Assembly (NCBI GenBank): GCA_963665295.1
Contig: OY762209.1
Span: 4,576,001-4,640,000 of the forward strand
Reading direction: 5' to 3'
DNA length: 64,000 nucleotides
DNA from: Syntrophorhabdaceae bacterium
GTDB lineage: Bacteria; Desulfobacterota; Syntrophorhabdia; Syntrophorhabdales; Syntrophorhabdaceae
A program made the position numbers and the translations under genes. A model generated the notes under the pieces. It saw only the letters and a program-made list of their open reading frames with translations. It searched no databases and was not told the origin of the DNA. Of the stretch, positions 1 to 10,016 are shown piece after piece; within the stretch, counting starts at the first letter, position 1, and each line of letters opens with the position of its first letter.

Positions 1-615
1 GCGCCGAACAGATTTGCGGCGCAGGGCGCGCATGACTCCATGGTGACGGTAAGCGGCGTCCTGAGGACCATCGCGGTTTCTCTTTACAAAATAGCCAACG
101 ACATCAGGCTCCTTGGGTCGGGACCACGGTGCGGGTTGCAGGAACTGATCCTCCCCGCCAACGAGCCCGGTTCCTCCATTATGCCGGGCAAGATCAATCC
201 CACCCAGTGCGAAGCTATGGCCATGGCGGCCGTCCAGGTAATGGGCTATGATGCCGCTGTGGGTTTTGCCGGGGCGGGAGGCAGCCTGGAGATGAATGCT
301 TACAAGCCCCTTATGGCGTTCAACGTTATTCAGGGCATCCGTCTCATAGCGGACTCATGCCGCAGCTTCTCGGCCTTTCTTGTTAAAGGAATGAAACCCG
401 ATAGAGACCAGATCAGGGTACATCTCAACCGGTCGCTGATGCTCGTTACCGCGCTGAGTCCGGTCATCGGCTATGACAAGGCGTCAGAGATTGCGCATCT
501 CGCCCTCAATGAAAACCTTACACTCAGGGAAGCGGCGTTGAAACTCGCCTATCTCTCCCGCGAAGACTTCGACCGGCTGGTAAACGCCGAACGGATGGCC
601 CGTCCTGACTCCTGA
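1..615 (+). CDS. fumC: Class II fumarate hydratase (fumarase/aspartase superfamily), 3' part; gene starts before the window
   Basis: Signature [15 protein letters not shown] plus SGPRCGL and C-terminal [14 protein letters not shown]; frame is open from position 1. Confidence 0.9.
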   Translation, partial: APNRFAAQGAHDSMVTVSGVLRTIAVSLYKIANDIRLLGSGPRCGLQELILPANEPGSSIMPGKINPTQCEAMAMAAVQVMGYDAAVGFAGAGGSLEMNAYKPLMAFNVIQGIRLIADSCRSFSAFLVKGMKPDRDQIRVHLNRSLMLVTALSPVIGYDKASEIAHLALNENLTLREAALKLAYLSREDFDRLVNAERMARPDS

Positions 616-630
616 TCTCCAAAACCGGAA

Positions 631-679
631 GGCGCGGCCGGGTTGGTGGACGTTTCCGTCCCACCCGGCCTGTCGCGCC
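631..679. terminator. GC-rich hairpin between convergent genes, possible terminator
   Basis: GGCCGGGT (636-643) pairs with ACCCGGCC (663-670), with a possible outer GGCGCG/CGCGCC extension; no clear U-tract. Confidence 0.35.
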
Positions 680-684
680 GATTA

Positions 685-1332
685 TCACTTCCTCATTTCG
701 ATGGTCAGTTCGTCATCGAAGGGGAGTATGCCGTGAGGGTCGAAGGTTCCCTTCACCTTGTAACCCGAGTCCAGGGCAAAGAGGATAATCCCCCCTATCG
801 CCCCGTACTTTATTGATGCAACCAGAGCGAGGGCTATGTCGCGGGACACACCGATGGATGCCAGTTCAGGATCGGAATAGAAGTTGCGCGCCATCGGCTT
901 GCCCGACATGCGCATCATCCTGCTGAAGAGTTTCCTCGCGATGGGGCCCCGGCCCGCGAGGTTGAGGTCCTGCTGTTGTTCGATGGTGGTCAGGGTCTTT
1001 CCGCCCCAATTGTTTTCTCCGTGGTAGATCTGAACGACTTCGGGGTCCCCGGCATAGACCGAAAGCTTATACCTGATCTTTCCGAAGGGGTTATACCACC
1101 ACCTGACCCTTATAAACTGATCACCCTTAGCACCCGCCTCCGGGAAAGACTCGATAATGCAGCCGCTCCCCGCGGATGCCACTTCCATGTCAACGGAATA
1201 CCTTGCAAACCTGCTGTCCCTCGGTATGCTGAAGGCATGCGTATCCTTGCCTTGACCGGAGTTCGCGGGGTTCCAATCACCCTCATCGTCCCAATGACTC
1301 TTCGTCTTCTCATAGATTAAAGTCTGTGGCAT
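685..1332 (-). CDS. Hypothetical protein (215 aa)
   Basis: Long ORF with AGAGGAGG RBS upstream; no recognised motif. Confidence 0.7.
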   Translation of the reverse strand: MPQTLIYEKTKSHWDDEGDWNPANSGQGKDTHAFSIPRDSRFARYSVDMEVASAGSGCIIESFPEAGAKGDQFIRVRWWYNPFGKIRYKLSVYAGDPEVVQIYHGENNWGGKTLTTIEQQQDLNLAGRGPIARKLFSRMMRMSGKPMARNFYSDPELASIGVSRDIALALVASIKYGAIGGIILFALDSGYKVKGTFDPHGILPFDDELTIEMRK

Positions 1333-1543
1333 TCCTTATACCTCCTCTGGTATGTATATTTCCCCGGTCCATTGCGTGGATACCGGCCCGCAAAGCCTGC
1401 GCTCTCCCTGCACATGGCAGACGCCCCTTACGCTCTTCATGTATACACTATAAGACATGTTTAAGGCAACTGGTGGCACCGCCCGGTTGACTCATAATTA
1501 AATCTTACCCAAAGGTGGCTGCGGGAGGGCCCACTGATTTTGC

Positions 1544-1572
1544 TTGACGGGGCACGCCAAATGCGGTATGAT
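1544..1572 (+). promoter_or_regulatory. Sigma70-type promoter for the riboswitch/ATPase transcript
   Basis: TTGACG (1544-1549), 17 nt spacer, TATGAT (1567-1572), about 8 nt before the aptamer. Confidence 0.7.
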
Positions 1573-1580
1573 ATTTTTTA

Positions 1581-1676
1581 TAAAGGGGAGTAGCTGATAG
1601 CGTTTGCGTCGTCATTTCGTTCGGCAAAGCCGAACCGGTGCAACGGTCAGATTCAGGTTGACCAGCAAGACCTTTG
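1581..1676 (+). ncRNA. yybP-ykoY (Mn2+-sensing) riboswitch aptamer
   Basis: Conserved 5' AAAGGGGAGUAGC, internal CGUCGUCAUU, hairpin UUCGGC-AAA-GCCGAA followed by CCGGU, and 3' AGCAAGACCUUU; lies upstream of a P-type ATPase, a typical target. Confidence 0.9.
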
Positions 1677-1705
1677 TCGGATAAGTCCGGCAAAGGTCTT
1701 TTTTT
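1667..1705 (+). terminator. Intrinsic terminator forming the riboswitch expression platform
   Basis: AAGACCTTTGTCGGA-TAAG-TCCGGCAAAGGTCTT followed by a T-run; its 5' arm overlaps the aptamer P1 3' strand. Confidence 0.85.
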
Positions 1706-1905
1706 GTGGCTCAAAACATCGGTTGCGACGCCTTGAAGCCGAGGCGTCGCGCCACCCGGAGGGGTTGAACATGACCGACTGTTAAGAAAAATATCAACTC
1801 TGGTACATGGGGCCGGAGTGAGGTGGCGCCGCAGGATGCTTAAGTTCCATAGAAGGACCGCCGCCTGCAAGGGCCCCCGCAAAGTCTGACAGGGAGGATA
1901 TATCC

Positions 1906-4764
1906 ATGATCAAAAACACGAATCACACGCTTTCCTTGAAAGAAATAATCGCAGGGTTCGGGACGGACCCCGTTTTGGGCCTGAGCGATGGCGAAGCGCG
2001 CCTGCGCCTCGAAAAACATGGAAGGAACGAACTCCACGAGAAAGAGAAACCAGGGTTTCTTTCCATGCTCCTGAGACAATTCGCCAATTTTCTTGTCATC
2101 ATCCTCATCGTCGCAGCCGCTATCTCGTTCTTCCTCGGGGAATGGATCGATGCGACGGCCATCATTGTAATAGTCATACTCAATGCGGTAGTAGGTGTCG
2201 TTCAGGAATCAAAAGCGGAGGAAGCCCTCGCGGCCTTAAAGAAGATGGCCGCTCCCAATGTCCAGGTCATCCGGGCGGGACATCAGGTTACCCTGCCTTC
2301 GGCGGAACTTGTCCCTGGAGACCTGGTGGCGCTGGAAGCGGGCAACTATGTGCCCGCCGACATGCGCCTTACGGAGGCGGTCAACCTTAAGGTCGAGGAG
2401 GCGTCCCTTACCGGAGAATCAGTGCCCGTCGAAAAGGATGCTCACCTTGTCCTCGATAAGGAGGTCTCACTCGGCGACCTGAGGAACTGCGCGTTCATGG
2501 GGACCCTGATCTCCTACGGCCGAGGCAAGGGGATTGTCACCGGCACGGGCATGAACACCGAGATGGGCCGGATAGCGGAGATGATCCAATCATACAAGGA
2601 GGAGCCCACGCCCCTGCAGGTCAAACTGGATCAACTCGCGAAATGGCTCGGGATAGCATGTCTCGTCATATGCGGATTCCTCTTCCTCTATGGTCTCGCA
2701 CGGAATACCTCACCGGAGATGATCTTCAGCGCCGGTCCTCTGGCCTACCTGGCGGCTGAGAAGGCCGCCATCATCGGGCTTTTTATGGCCGCCATCAGTC
2801 TCGCCATAGCCGCCGTGCCTGAAGGGTTGCCCGCGGTCGTAACCATCTGCCTGGCCCTCGGTATGCAGAGGATGATCCGCCGCCATGCCCTCATCAGAAA
2901 GCTGCCCGCAGTGGAGACCCTCGGCTGTGCTACCGTGATATGTACGGACAAGACAGGGACCCTCACTCAAAATGAGATGACCGTGGTCGAGGGGTGGACG
3001 GACGGCAGGCTGTTTAACGTGAACGGCCTCGGGTATTCCCCCGTGGGAAAATTTCTATTCGACGACGCTTCTTTCGATCCTCTAAAGGACTCCTCCACAT
3101 CGCTTCTTCTCCACGGGGGCCTGCTTTGCAATGATGCGAAGCTCGAACAGTATGACGAGGACGGATCCAGGGGATGGCGTATCGTCGGCGATCCCACTGA
3201 AGCGTCGCTTCTGGTGGCAGCGGCCAAGGCGGGTCTGTGGAGACAGGAACTTGAAAAGACCATGCCCCGCGTAATGGAGGTCCCTTTCGATTCCGAAAGA
3301 AAACGCATGATCACTGTCCATGAATGGCCGAAGGGGTCCCGAAACGGTCCGGCGGGTCACGAGCCCTATATCGCCTATGTCAAAGGCGCACCCGATATCG
3401 TCCTGAATCTCACGGACAAGATCATGGTCAACGGCGAGCCTGTTGCGCTCACCGGGGAGGGGCGGGAGGAAGTCTTTTCCATCAACCGGCAAATGGCGGG
3501 TCAGGCCCTTCGTGTGCTCGGCATCGCGTGCAAGCCCATGAGCCGTCTGCCGGAAGGCCGAGCCGTTGACACGATCGAGGAGGGACTCACCTTCGTGGGA
3601 TTGCTCGCCATGATCGACCCTCCGCGCCCGGAGGTGAAAGAAGCGGTCAAAACAGCCCACGAGGCAGGATTGAAAATAGTGATGGTCACGGGCGACCATA
3701 AGGACACGGCCGTGGCGATCGCGGGAAAGATAGGCCTCCTCACGCAGGGCGGACTGGTCCTCACAGGGGAGGAACTCGACCGGATGAGTGATAGTGACCT
3801 TACCGGGAAGATCGACAGACTGGATGCATGCTGCCGCGTCTCTCCCCAGCACAAGACAAGGATCGTGGACGCCTTCAAGGCGAAGGGTCACGTAGTCGCC
3901 ATGACAGGGGACGGCGTGAACGATGCGCCTGCCCTCAAACGCTCCAATATAGGCGTTGCCATGGGCATCACCGGTACGGACGTTTCCAAGGAGACGGCCG
4001 ACATGGTGCTCACCGATGACAACTTCGCGAGCATCGTCTCCGCCGTCGAGGAGGGGCGGGTAATCTACTCGAACATCCGCAAGTTCGTCTTCTATCTCAT
4101 TTCGTGTAACATGGGAGAGATTCTGATCATCTTTTTCGCCATGCTTTTCGGCATACCGGTGCCCTTAAAGCCGGTCCAATTGCTCATGCTCAACCTTGTC
4201 ACGGATGGGGCTCCCGCCCTCGCCCTCGGTCTTGAAAAGGGGGAACCGGACCTGATGAAACAGCCCCCCAGGCCCACGAAAGAGCCCGTGATAAACAGGG
4301 AGATGAGGATTTCCGCGGTAATACAGGCCATCGTCATGACCGGGTCGGTGCTGTCCGCCTTCTACTTGGCCCTCAACCGCTACCCCGGCAATATCGAGGC
4401 CGCCCAGACGGTGGCTTTCGTAACCCTCTCCATGTCGGAACTTCTTCGGGCCTTCACCGCACGTTCACAACGTTATTCCGTCTTCTCCATAGGCATCCTT
4501 TCCAACCGGTGGATGGTGTGGGCTGCCGGAGGCTCCGGCGCCCTGATCCTTCTCGCCGTGTATGTCCCCTTCCTGAGGCCGTTTCTCAATACAGTGGCCC
4601 TCGGGGCCGACGACTGGCTTATGATGACCCCTTTCATATTCAGCAACGCCATAGCCGCGGAACTCACCAAGGCAGGTATCAGATGGAATGCCCGTCGTGT
4701 TGCAGCCGGGAGGAAAGGCAGCGCCTCAACACTTCGTCCCGAAGGGCGGGAGACTCTCGACTGA
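1906..4764 (+). CDS. Cation-translocating P-type ATPase, type IIA (Ca2+/Mn2+)
   Basis: TGES, VPEGLP, DKTGTLT, KGAP, TGDGVNDAP, M5 SCNMGE, M6 NLVTDG; GGAGG RBS. Confidence 0.95.
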   Translation: MIKNTNHTLSLKEIIAGFGTDPVLGLSDGEARLRLEKHGRNELHEKEKPGFLSMLLRQFANFLVIILIVAAAISFFLGEWIDATAIIVIVILNAVVGVVQESKAEEALAALKKMAAPNVQVIRAGHQVTLPSAELVPGDLVALEAGNYVPADMRLTEAVNLKVEEASLTGESVPVEKDAHLVLDKEVSLGDLRNCAFMGTLISYGRGKGIVTGTGMNTEMGRIAEMIQSYKEEPTPLQVKLDQLAKWLGIACLVICGFLFLYGLARNTSPEMIFSAGPLAYLAAEKAAIIGLFMAAISLAIAAVPEGLPAVVTICLALGMQRMIRRHALIRKLPAVETLGCATVICTDKTGTLTQNEMTVVEGWTDGRLFNVNGLGYSPVGKFLFDDASFDPLKDSSTSLLLHGGLLCNDAKLEQYDEDGSRGWRIVGDPTEASLLVAAAKAGLWRQELEKTMPRVMEVPFDSERKRMITVHEWPKGSRNGPAGHEPYIAYVKGAPDIVLNLTDKIMVNGEPVALTGEGREEVFSINRQMAGQALRVLGIACKPMSRLPEGRAVDTIEEGLTFVGLLAMIDPPRPEVKEAVKTAHEAGLKIVMVTGDHKDTAVAIAGKIGLLTQGGLVLTGEELDRMSDSDLTGKIDRLDACCRVSPQHKTRIVDAFKAKGHVVAMTGDGVNDAPALKRSNIGVAMGITGTDVSKETADMVLTDDNFASIVSAVEEGRVIYSNIRKFVFYLISCNMGEILIIFFAMLFGIPVPLKPVQLLMLNLVTDGAPALALGLEKGEPDLMKQPPRPTKEPVINREMRISAVIQAIVMTGSVLSAFYLALNRYPGNIEAAQTVAFVTLSMSELLRAFTARSQRYSVFSIGILSNRWMVWAAGGSGALILLAVYVPFLRPFLNTVALGADDWLMMTPFIFSNAIAAELTKAGIRWNARRVAAGRKGSASTLRPEGRETLD

Positions 4765-4862
4765 CCGGCATTGCCCGTCACGACAGGGAGAACAAGAGGG
4801 AGGGAAAGAAAGAGCGCAAAGGGGCCATAGAGGAACCGCATGAGGTGCAAGGGGGTATTGTT

Positions 4863-4973
4863 ATGGAATGGCACCTGATATTATTGGCTGTTTCTGAGGC
4901 GGCGGACTGTTTCATCCTCGCCGCCATGGCAGTGACACTCCCCTACGCAATCGGCGGCCTCTTTGCCAAATGA
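4863..4973 (+). CDS. Possible small hydrophobic peptide (36 aa)
   Basis: [36 protein letters not shown], preceded by AAGGGGG; fills an intergenic gap. Confidence 0.25.
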   Translation: MEWHLILLAVSEAADCFILAAMAVTLPYAIGGLFAK

Positions 4974-4993
4974 AAATAAGGGGCCGCCGCCGA

Positions 4994-5023
4994 TTGACAA
5001 GTCACCGTGGGAATGCATACGAT
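4994..5023 (+). promoter_or_regulatory. Sigma70-type promoter for msrB
   Basis: TTGACA (4994-4999), 18 nt spacer, TACGAT (5018-5023). Confidence 0.55.
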
Positions 5024-5029
5024 TCTGTC

Positions 5030-5665
5030 ATGAGAATTCGCAGACAGGCACACCGGGCATCCGCAGTGGTAATCCTTTGCTTGCTTTTGTGCGCAATCAT
5101 GGGGTTCCAGGCCCCGGCGGCATCCGGGGAGAACAAACAGGCGACAGGGACCACGCTTGGCCGATATGCGTCCGAGACTAGGGGGAGCGGAATGAAAAGT
5201 ACACACACGGGCAACTGGAGGGAGTTCACGAGGCCTGACGACGCAAGTTTAAAGAAGACACTGACGCCCATGCAGTACAAGGTGACCAGGAAGAAGGGTA
5301 CCGAGCCCGCTTTCAAGAACGAATACGCCGATAATCACCGGGAAGGTATCTATGTGGATGTCGTCTCTGGAGAGCCCCTGTTCAGTTCCGTTGATAAATT
5401 CGACTCCGGCACAGGATGGCCGAGCTTCACAAGACCCCTTGAACCGGACAACATTGTGGAAAAAGAGGATAAAAGCTTCTTCATGAAACGTGTCGAGGTG
5501 CGGAGCAAGCGGGGCGATTCCCACCTGGGGCATGTATTCAACGACGGCCCGCCGCCCACGGGTCTCAGATACTGTATGAACTCCGCCGCCTTGCGGTTCA
5601 TCCCCAAAGAAGATCTGGAAAAAGAGGGTTACGGGGAGTACCTTCGGCTTTTCAACAGGAAGTAA
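5030..5665 (+). CDS. msrB: Peptide-methionine (R)-S-oxide reductase MsrB with putative signal peptide (non-zinc, Cys form)
   Basis: [30 protein letters not shown]; basic-then-hydrophobic N-terminus; no CxxC pairs. Start uncertain. Confidence 0.93.
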   Translation: MRIRRQAHRASAVVILCLLLCAIMGFQAPAASGENKQATGTTLGRYASETRGSGMKSTHTGNWREFTRPDDASLKKTLTPMQYKVTRKKGTEPAFKNEYADNHREGIYVDVVSGEPLFSSVDKFDSGTGWPSFTRPLEPDNIVEKEDKSFFMKRVEVRSKRGDSHLGHVFNDGPPPTGLRYCMNSAALRFIPKEDLEKEGYGEYLRLFNRK

Positions 5666-5690
5666 CATTCACGCTCGCCCGGAGGTGGCT

Positions 5691-6758
5691 TCACTTGAGG
5701 GCGATGGCTTTCTCCGGACATACCTCCTGGCAACAGAAACAGGCAATACACCGGTCGGCATCCACCTCCGGGACAGGTCCATTCATGGACAGGGCCGAGA
5801 CCGGACACTGATCCACGCAGGTGCCGCAACCCGTGCACCACTCCGGGTCGGCTTCCGGCCGGGACATGGTCCTGTTCCGGATCATCCCTTGCATGACCTC
5901 GTTGCGGAGGACCGCTTCGCCCGACATAGGCGGCAACTTGAAATCGGGCAGGCGCGCCAATCGGCCTACAATTTCTATTTGCCCCAGGTCGTAGTCACCC
6001 AGGCCTGCGGCCTTTGCCTTCCGGAGAAACCCCAGTTGACCCGGTTCGCATCCCATCATGAAGGCAATCACCCCATCCATGGCCACCGCGTTGTCGGAGG
6101 CGAGGATGAGACCGATGTGCCGGAGATCGGGTGAAGCGGGACCGTTCCCCTCCATGCCCACTACCGCGTCCACGATAAAAAGGTCCGGTACCCGAAGCAG
6201 GAATACATCGACTATCATTTCATGAAACCTCTCGGCCGAACCCGCGGCTTTGTGAAGTCCCGCCTTCTCTGCGCCGGGAAGGAATCCATAGCTGTTCTTG
6301 ATCGCCCCCGTAAGCACGGTCAGGCCGTGGGTTTTAAACTTGGGCAGGCTTATGATGATTTCCGCTTCCCGGACGATGCGGGAGATGCTCACCTCGGGCG
6401 CGAAATCGGGATTGAAGGCGACCCTTGCCGCCTCGTTCCCGATATTCCGGTAATAACCTTTGGCCGCTTCCATAAGACCTGTCTTCCTGAAACTCTCTTC
6501 GTTCGCCCCGTAGCTGAAAACGCCCGGATTGTCGCCCACTACTATGGACGCGGGCGACATGGACTCCACCTTTTCCACAACGGCGCGAAGTACCGCGGGG
6601 TGGGTCACGATGCCCTCGCCCGCCTCCGAGGCCCTGAGCACATTAGGCTTGATCAGGACCTTCTTTCCCCGGATATCCACGGGAAAAAACTCAAAAGCCC
6701 TGTCCACGGCACCCGTGACGTTATCGTAGGTCGCCGGATGAATCATCACTTTCGACAT
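5691..6758 (-). CDS. DUF362 domain protein with C-terminal 2x[4Fe-4S] ferredoxin
   Basis: VLIKPN, THP, PKFKTH, GAIKN, MEGNGP motifs; CTGCGTCVDQCP and CIACFCCQEVCP. Confidence 0.88.
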   Translation of the reverse strand: MSKVMIHPATYDNVTGAVDRAFEFFPVDIRGKKVLIKPNVLRASEAGEGIVTHPAVLRAVVEKVESMSPASIVVGDNPGVFSYGANEESFRKTGLMEAAKGYYRNIGNEAARVAFNPDFAPEVSISRIVREAEIIISLPKFKTHGLTVLTGAIKNSYGFLPGAEKAGLHKAAGSAERFHEMIVDVFLLRVPDLFIVDAVVGMEGNGPASPDLRHIGLILASDNAVAMDGVIAFMMGCEPGQLGFLRKAKAAGLGDYDLGQIEIVGRLARLPDFKLPPMSGEAVLRNEVMQGMIRNRTMSRPEADPEWCTGCGTCVDQCPVSALSMNGPVPEVDADRCIACFCCQEVCPEKAIALK

Positions 6759-6801
6759 GGTCTCTGCCTCCGGTGGTTCCCTACGCGGGAACCTGCCGTT
6801 C

Positions 6802-7785
6802 TCAAACGGGTTTCCGCGCCTCCACAAGGCAATCCATTCTTTCGCCCGTCCTCACAAGTTCTACGCGGGTAAAACCCGCCTGTTCGAGGGAACTCTTCAC
6901 CTCTTGAAAGGTATACGTGTCTCCCCCCGTGGTATTGATCAGCATGTTAAGGGCAAAGAGCGCTCCCGCGGGCGGCTTTGTCCGCGACTCATCCATGATG
7001 TGGTCCCTTATGAGTATCGCTCCCCCCGGTTCCAGAGCCTTAAATACCTTCCGATACAATTCTATGTTCTGTTCCGTGCTGTTCTGGTGGATTATGGCGG
7101 AAAGCAAGGCGAGGTCCGATCCGCGCGGCAGTTCGTCCTTATAGAAATCACCGGCAGCGAAGGTTACCCGGTCGAGAAGGTCCTCCGCCTCCATTCTCTC
7201 CCGCGCATGGGGGATCACAGGTTCGAGGTCGAAGATGATCGCCTTCATGGCAGGGTTCTTTCTCAGGAATGCGGTCGTGTAGGTGCCGGATGCTCCACCC
7301 ACATCGAGGAGACGGGTGAATCGGGACAGATCGTATCCATCGGCAATTTCTACGGACAGTTCCCGTCCGATTACATGCATGGCCCCTATGAAGGCTACCC
7401 TGTCCTCCTCGCCTGTCGCCGTCTTCTCTCTCGTCCGGGTACTCCCTTCCTTGACCGTCTCCGTAAGGTAACTCCAGCCTTTCCAGAGCCCCACAAGGTG
7501 GCGTATCATAGGAAGGATGGTTTCCGGGTGACGGGAAGAGAGAAAAGCCCCTGTTTCCGTGACACGGTAAACGCCGCCATCCTTAACGAGAAGCTCCAGG
7601 GTGACAAGATAATCGAGGGTCCTTGTCAAGGCCCGCGCATCAAGCCCCTGGGAGGCCGCAAGCTCCCCCGCCGCAACGGGGTTCTCATCCAGCTTCGTAA
7701 ACAGGTCAAGTTCCGCCGCAGTGAAAATTACCCGGCTCTTCATGAAATTGAAAGCTTCCGCGGTTATGGTCTCGTATCTTTCCAT
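6802..7785 (-). CDS. SAM-dependent O-methyltransferase (dimerisation + Methyltransf_2)
   Basis: AAELDLF dimerisation region, LLDVGGASG, GDF, IIHQ, LEPGG. Confidence 0.9.
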   Translation of the reverse strand: MERYETITAEAFNFMKSRVIFTAAELDLFTKLDENPVAAGELAASQGLDARALTRTLDYLVTLELLVKDGGVYRVTETGAFLSSRHPETILPMIRHLVGLWKGWSYLTETVKEGSTRTREKTATGEEDRVAFIGAMHVIGRELSVEIADGYDLSRFTRLLDVGGASGTYTTAFLRKNPAMKAIIFDLEPVIPHARERMEAEDLLDRVTFAAGDFYKDELPRGSDLALLSAIIHQNSTEQNIELYRKVFKALEPGGAILIRDHIMDESRTKPPAGALFALNMLINTTGGDTYTFQEVKSSLEQAGFTRVELVRTGERMDCLVEARKPV

Positions 7786-7854
7786 GTTTGTCTCCTCGGG
7801 ATTGTAGTATCGAAGCGGTAATACCCGGAACCGTGGCCCGGGAACGCCTGATCA

Positions 7855-9411
7855 TCATAAGAACTCCTTCAGGGCACTGATAATATTATGCAGTCTCTCT
7901 TCCGTATTGAGCCTCAGGACACGGTAGTAAGGCAGTTCCTCCGGTTCCTCCATATCCGTGATCTGGCGTTCAAGAATGCCGACATGGGCATCCGACACAT
8001 CCAGACCGTCCTTCATTCTCCTTTCTATCCGCTCTCTGAGCACGTTTTCCCCGGCTATGCAGTGGACGAAGAAAGGGTTGAGCCCTTTATCCATACATGT
8101 TTCATAGAAATTCCGGCGTTGGTTCTTCTTGAGGAAGGTGGCATCCACCACCACCTTCTTCCCTTGCCGGACATTATGCACGGCCTTTTCAAGGAGGTCG
8201 CAATAGAGGTTCCGCGTGAGAGTGTCCGAATATATACCCTCTGCGAAGCCCGTGTACCTGTGTTCCTCCTTTTTCAAGCCTGACATGGCCTTCCTTATCT
8301 CGTCGGACCTCAGAATCAGCCAATCCGATGAAAAATCCCTGGCAATCGTCGATTTCCCCGAACCGGACAACCCCATAAAGACAACGGGGTTGAAGGGTCT
8401 CCTCGAATAGTCGAGGTAGTACTCGGCCAGATGGAAATACTCCCCGGCGTCTCTCAGGCTCTTCGTCTTCTCCGGCCCGTCGATCAATCCCCGGGCGCGA
8501 AATCCTTCCACTTTCCCCCTCACCACCGCACGGTATATCTTGTAGAATCTCAGAAGTTCCTCATCAAAGCTCGACTCATGATGCGCGAAGTAAGCCCTGG
8601 AGAACCTGGAGGATAAATCGAACCTCGCCCGGTATTCCATGTCCATGAAGAGGAAGGCGATATCCTCCAGGACATCTATAATCCTGAAAGACTCGTTGAA
8701 TTCGATGCAGTCGAAAATAATGGGAGGTTTCGTAAGGCATACGTGTTGGGTATGGAGGTCGCCGTGCCCTTCCCTCACGTATCCCGCTTTCTTTCTGGTC
8801 TGGAATCTCGCCCCCTTATCCGAGATGAACTCCTTCGTGTATGCGGCAAGGCGGTCATAAAATGCCGGTTCGATGGTGATGCCCCGAAAAGGCGCGATCT
8901 GTTCGAAATTCTCTTCTGTCGCCTTTCTTATCGTATCGAGGCTGCCCATTTTCGCCCCCCTGTAGACCCGCGCCTCCCTGTGAAAGAGGGCAAGCTTCCG
9001 GCCCACGGGCTCAAGCTCGCCGTAAAGCGGCTTTCCTTGTTCGATAAGGCCATAAAGCAGGCAGTCGAGGGCTATCCTCTTCATCTTCACTGCGTACTCT
9101 GCGATGCGGCTCCCCGGCACCGGGTCAAATGAATATTTGTCGCCTTTTCTGAAGATGGGCAGGACCCCGAGATACGTTTCCCCGGCAAGACGGGAGTTGA
9201 GTATCACTTCCTCCCTGCAAAAATAGTGACGCTTTCTCAAGGTAGTGAAATCCAAAAATCCGAAATCGACGGGCTTCTTGATCTTATACACGAAGCCGTC
9301 GCATAGGAATACGTGGGATATGTGAGTTTCCAGATGGATGACGTCGGGGGAAGGGTCCGGGTAGCTGACCGGATCAAGCATAAACTGGATTAGCCCTGGA
9401 TCGGTTTCCAT
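7855..9411 (-). CDS. Bifunctional aminoglycoside-phosphotransferase-like / P-loop kinase (AAA_33)
   Basis: ETHISHVF, YKIKKPV, HGDLH, DCIEFN; C-terminal GLSGSGKST and DATF. Confidence 0.88.
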   Translation of the reverse strand: METDPGLIQFMLDPVSYPDPSPDVIHLETHISHVFLCDGFVYKIKKPVDFGFLDFTTLRKRHYFCREEVILNSRLAGETYLGVLPIFRKGDKYSFDPVPGSRIAEYAVKMKRIALDCLLYGLIEQGKPLYGELEPVGRKLALFHREARVYRGAKMGSLDTIRKATEENFEQIAPFRGITIEPAFYDRLAAYTKEFISDKGARFQTRKKAGYVREGHGDLHTQHVCLTKPPIIFDCIEFNESFRIIDVLEDIAFLFMDMEYRARFDLSSRFSRAYFAHHESSFDEELLRFYKIYRAVVRGKVEGFRARGLIDGPEKTKSLRDAGEYFHLAEYYLDYSRRPFNPVVFMGLSGSGKSTIARDFSSDWLILRSDEIRKAMSGLKKEEHRYTGFAEGIYSDTLTRNLYCDLLEKAVHNVRQGKKVVVDATFLKKNQRRNFYETCMDKGLNPFFVHCIAGENVLRERIERRMKDGLDVSDAHVGILERQITDMEEPEELPYYRVLRLNTEERLHNIISALKEFL

Positions 9412-9505
9412 GCCTTGTCTCTGCCTATTATAAGGCTGAATCGTAGCCCAATCAAGAAATCAAGTCCCGAAACCGCCGCCTGCTTTAGATTCTTCCCTTC
9501 GAGGT

Positions 9506-9721
9506 TTAAGAACTTTTCTTGGGCATTCTCTGTATATCCCAAACGCCTTCCGCTGTCAGTTCCTGCTCTTGCATTCTCCGCCGCCTGATAATCTCTTCCT
9601 GCAGGTAATCTATCTCGATATTTCTCTTGAAAAACGAGCAGTGGATGTGTCTCCCTCTATAAAGGCCGCACTCCACGCACTCACCCCCCGAAACGGGACA
9701 CGTAGTTCTTGCCATACCCAC
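9506..9721 (-). CDS. Small Cys-rich hypothetical protein
   Basis: CPVSGGECVECGLYRGRHIHC; AAGAGG RBS. Confidence 0.6.
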   Translation of the reverse strand: MGMARTTCPVSGGECVECGLYRGRHIHCSFFKRNIEIDYLQEEIIRRRRMQEQELTAEGVWDIQRMPKKSS

Positions 9722-10016
9722 CTCTTAATCTTCTTCGAAACCCTTTGCGGTTCCGGTTATTATCCTGTGAGTGAGGGAAGCAGCCCTCCGGGCATCCCCG
9801 GCCGGTTCAGGAACCTGTTCCCACCCGTTTGATCATACCACATTTCCCGCCCAGATCAAAATCATTCCCTTCCGGCCGGCAGCGGATGCCGTTGGTCTGT
9901 CCCGATAAGGTTCGGCCGACAGGCCGTTGACAAGCGCGAATTGGATGCTATTAATATTCATAGGGGTTACGGGTAACGAGCGAGTCCCGACTTCTCTTGA
10001 AAAGGAGGTACCGTCT

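Noticed and set aside
1505..1882. 125-aa minus-strand ORF
   Set aside because: Covers the promoter and riboswitch on the opposite strand; no protein features.
6757..7821. Long antisense ORFs (also 34177-35559, 43518-44975, 50511-52154 and others)
   Set aside because: Shadows of well-supported genes in GC-rich DNA.
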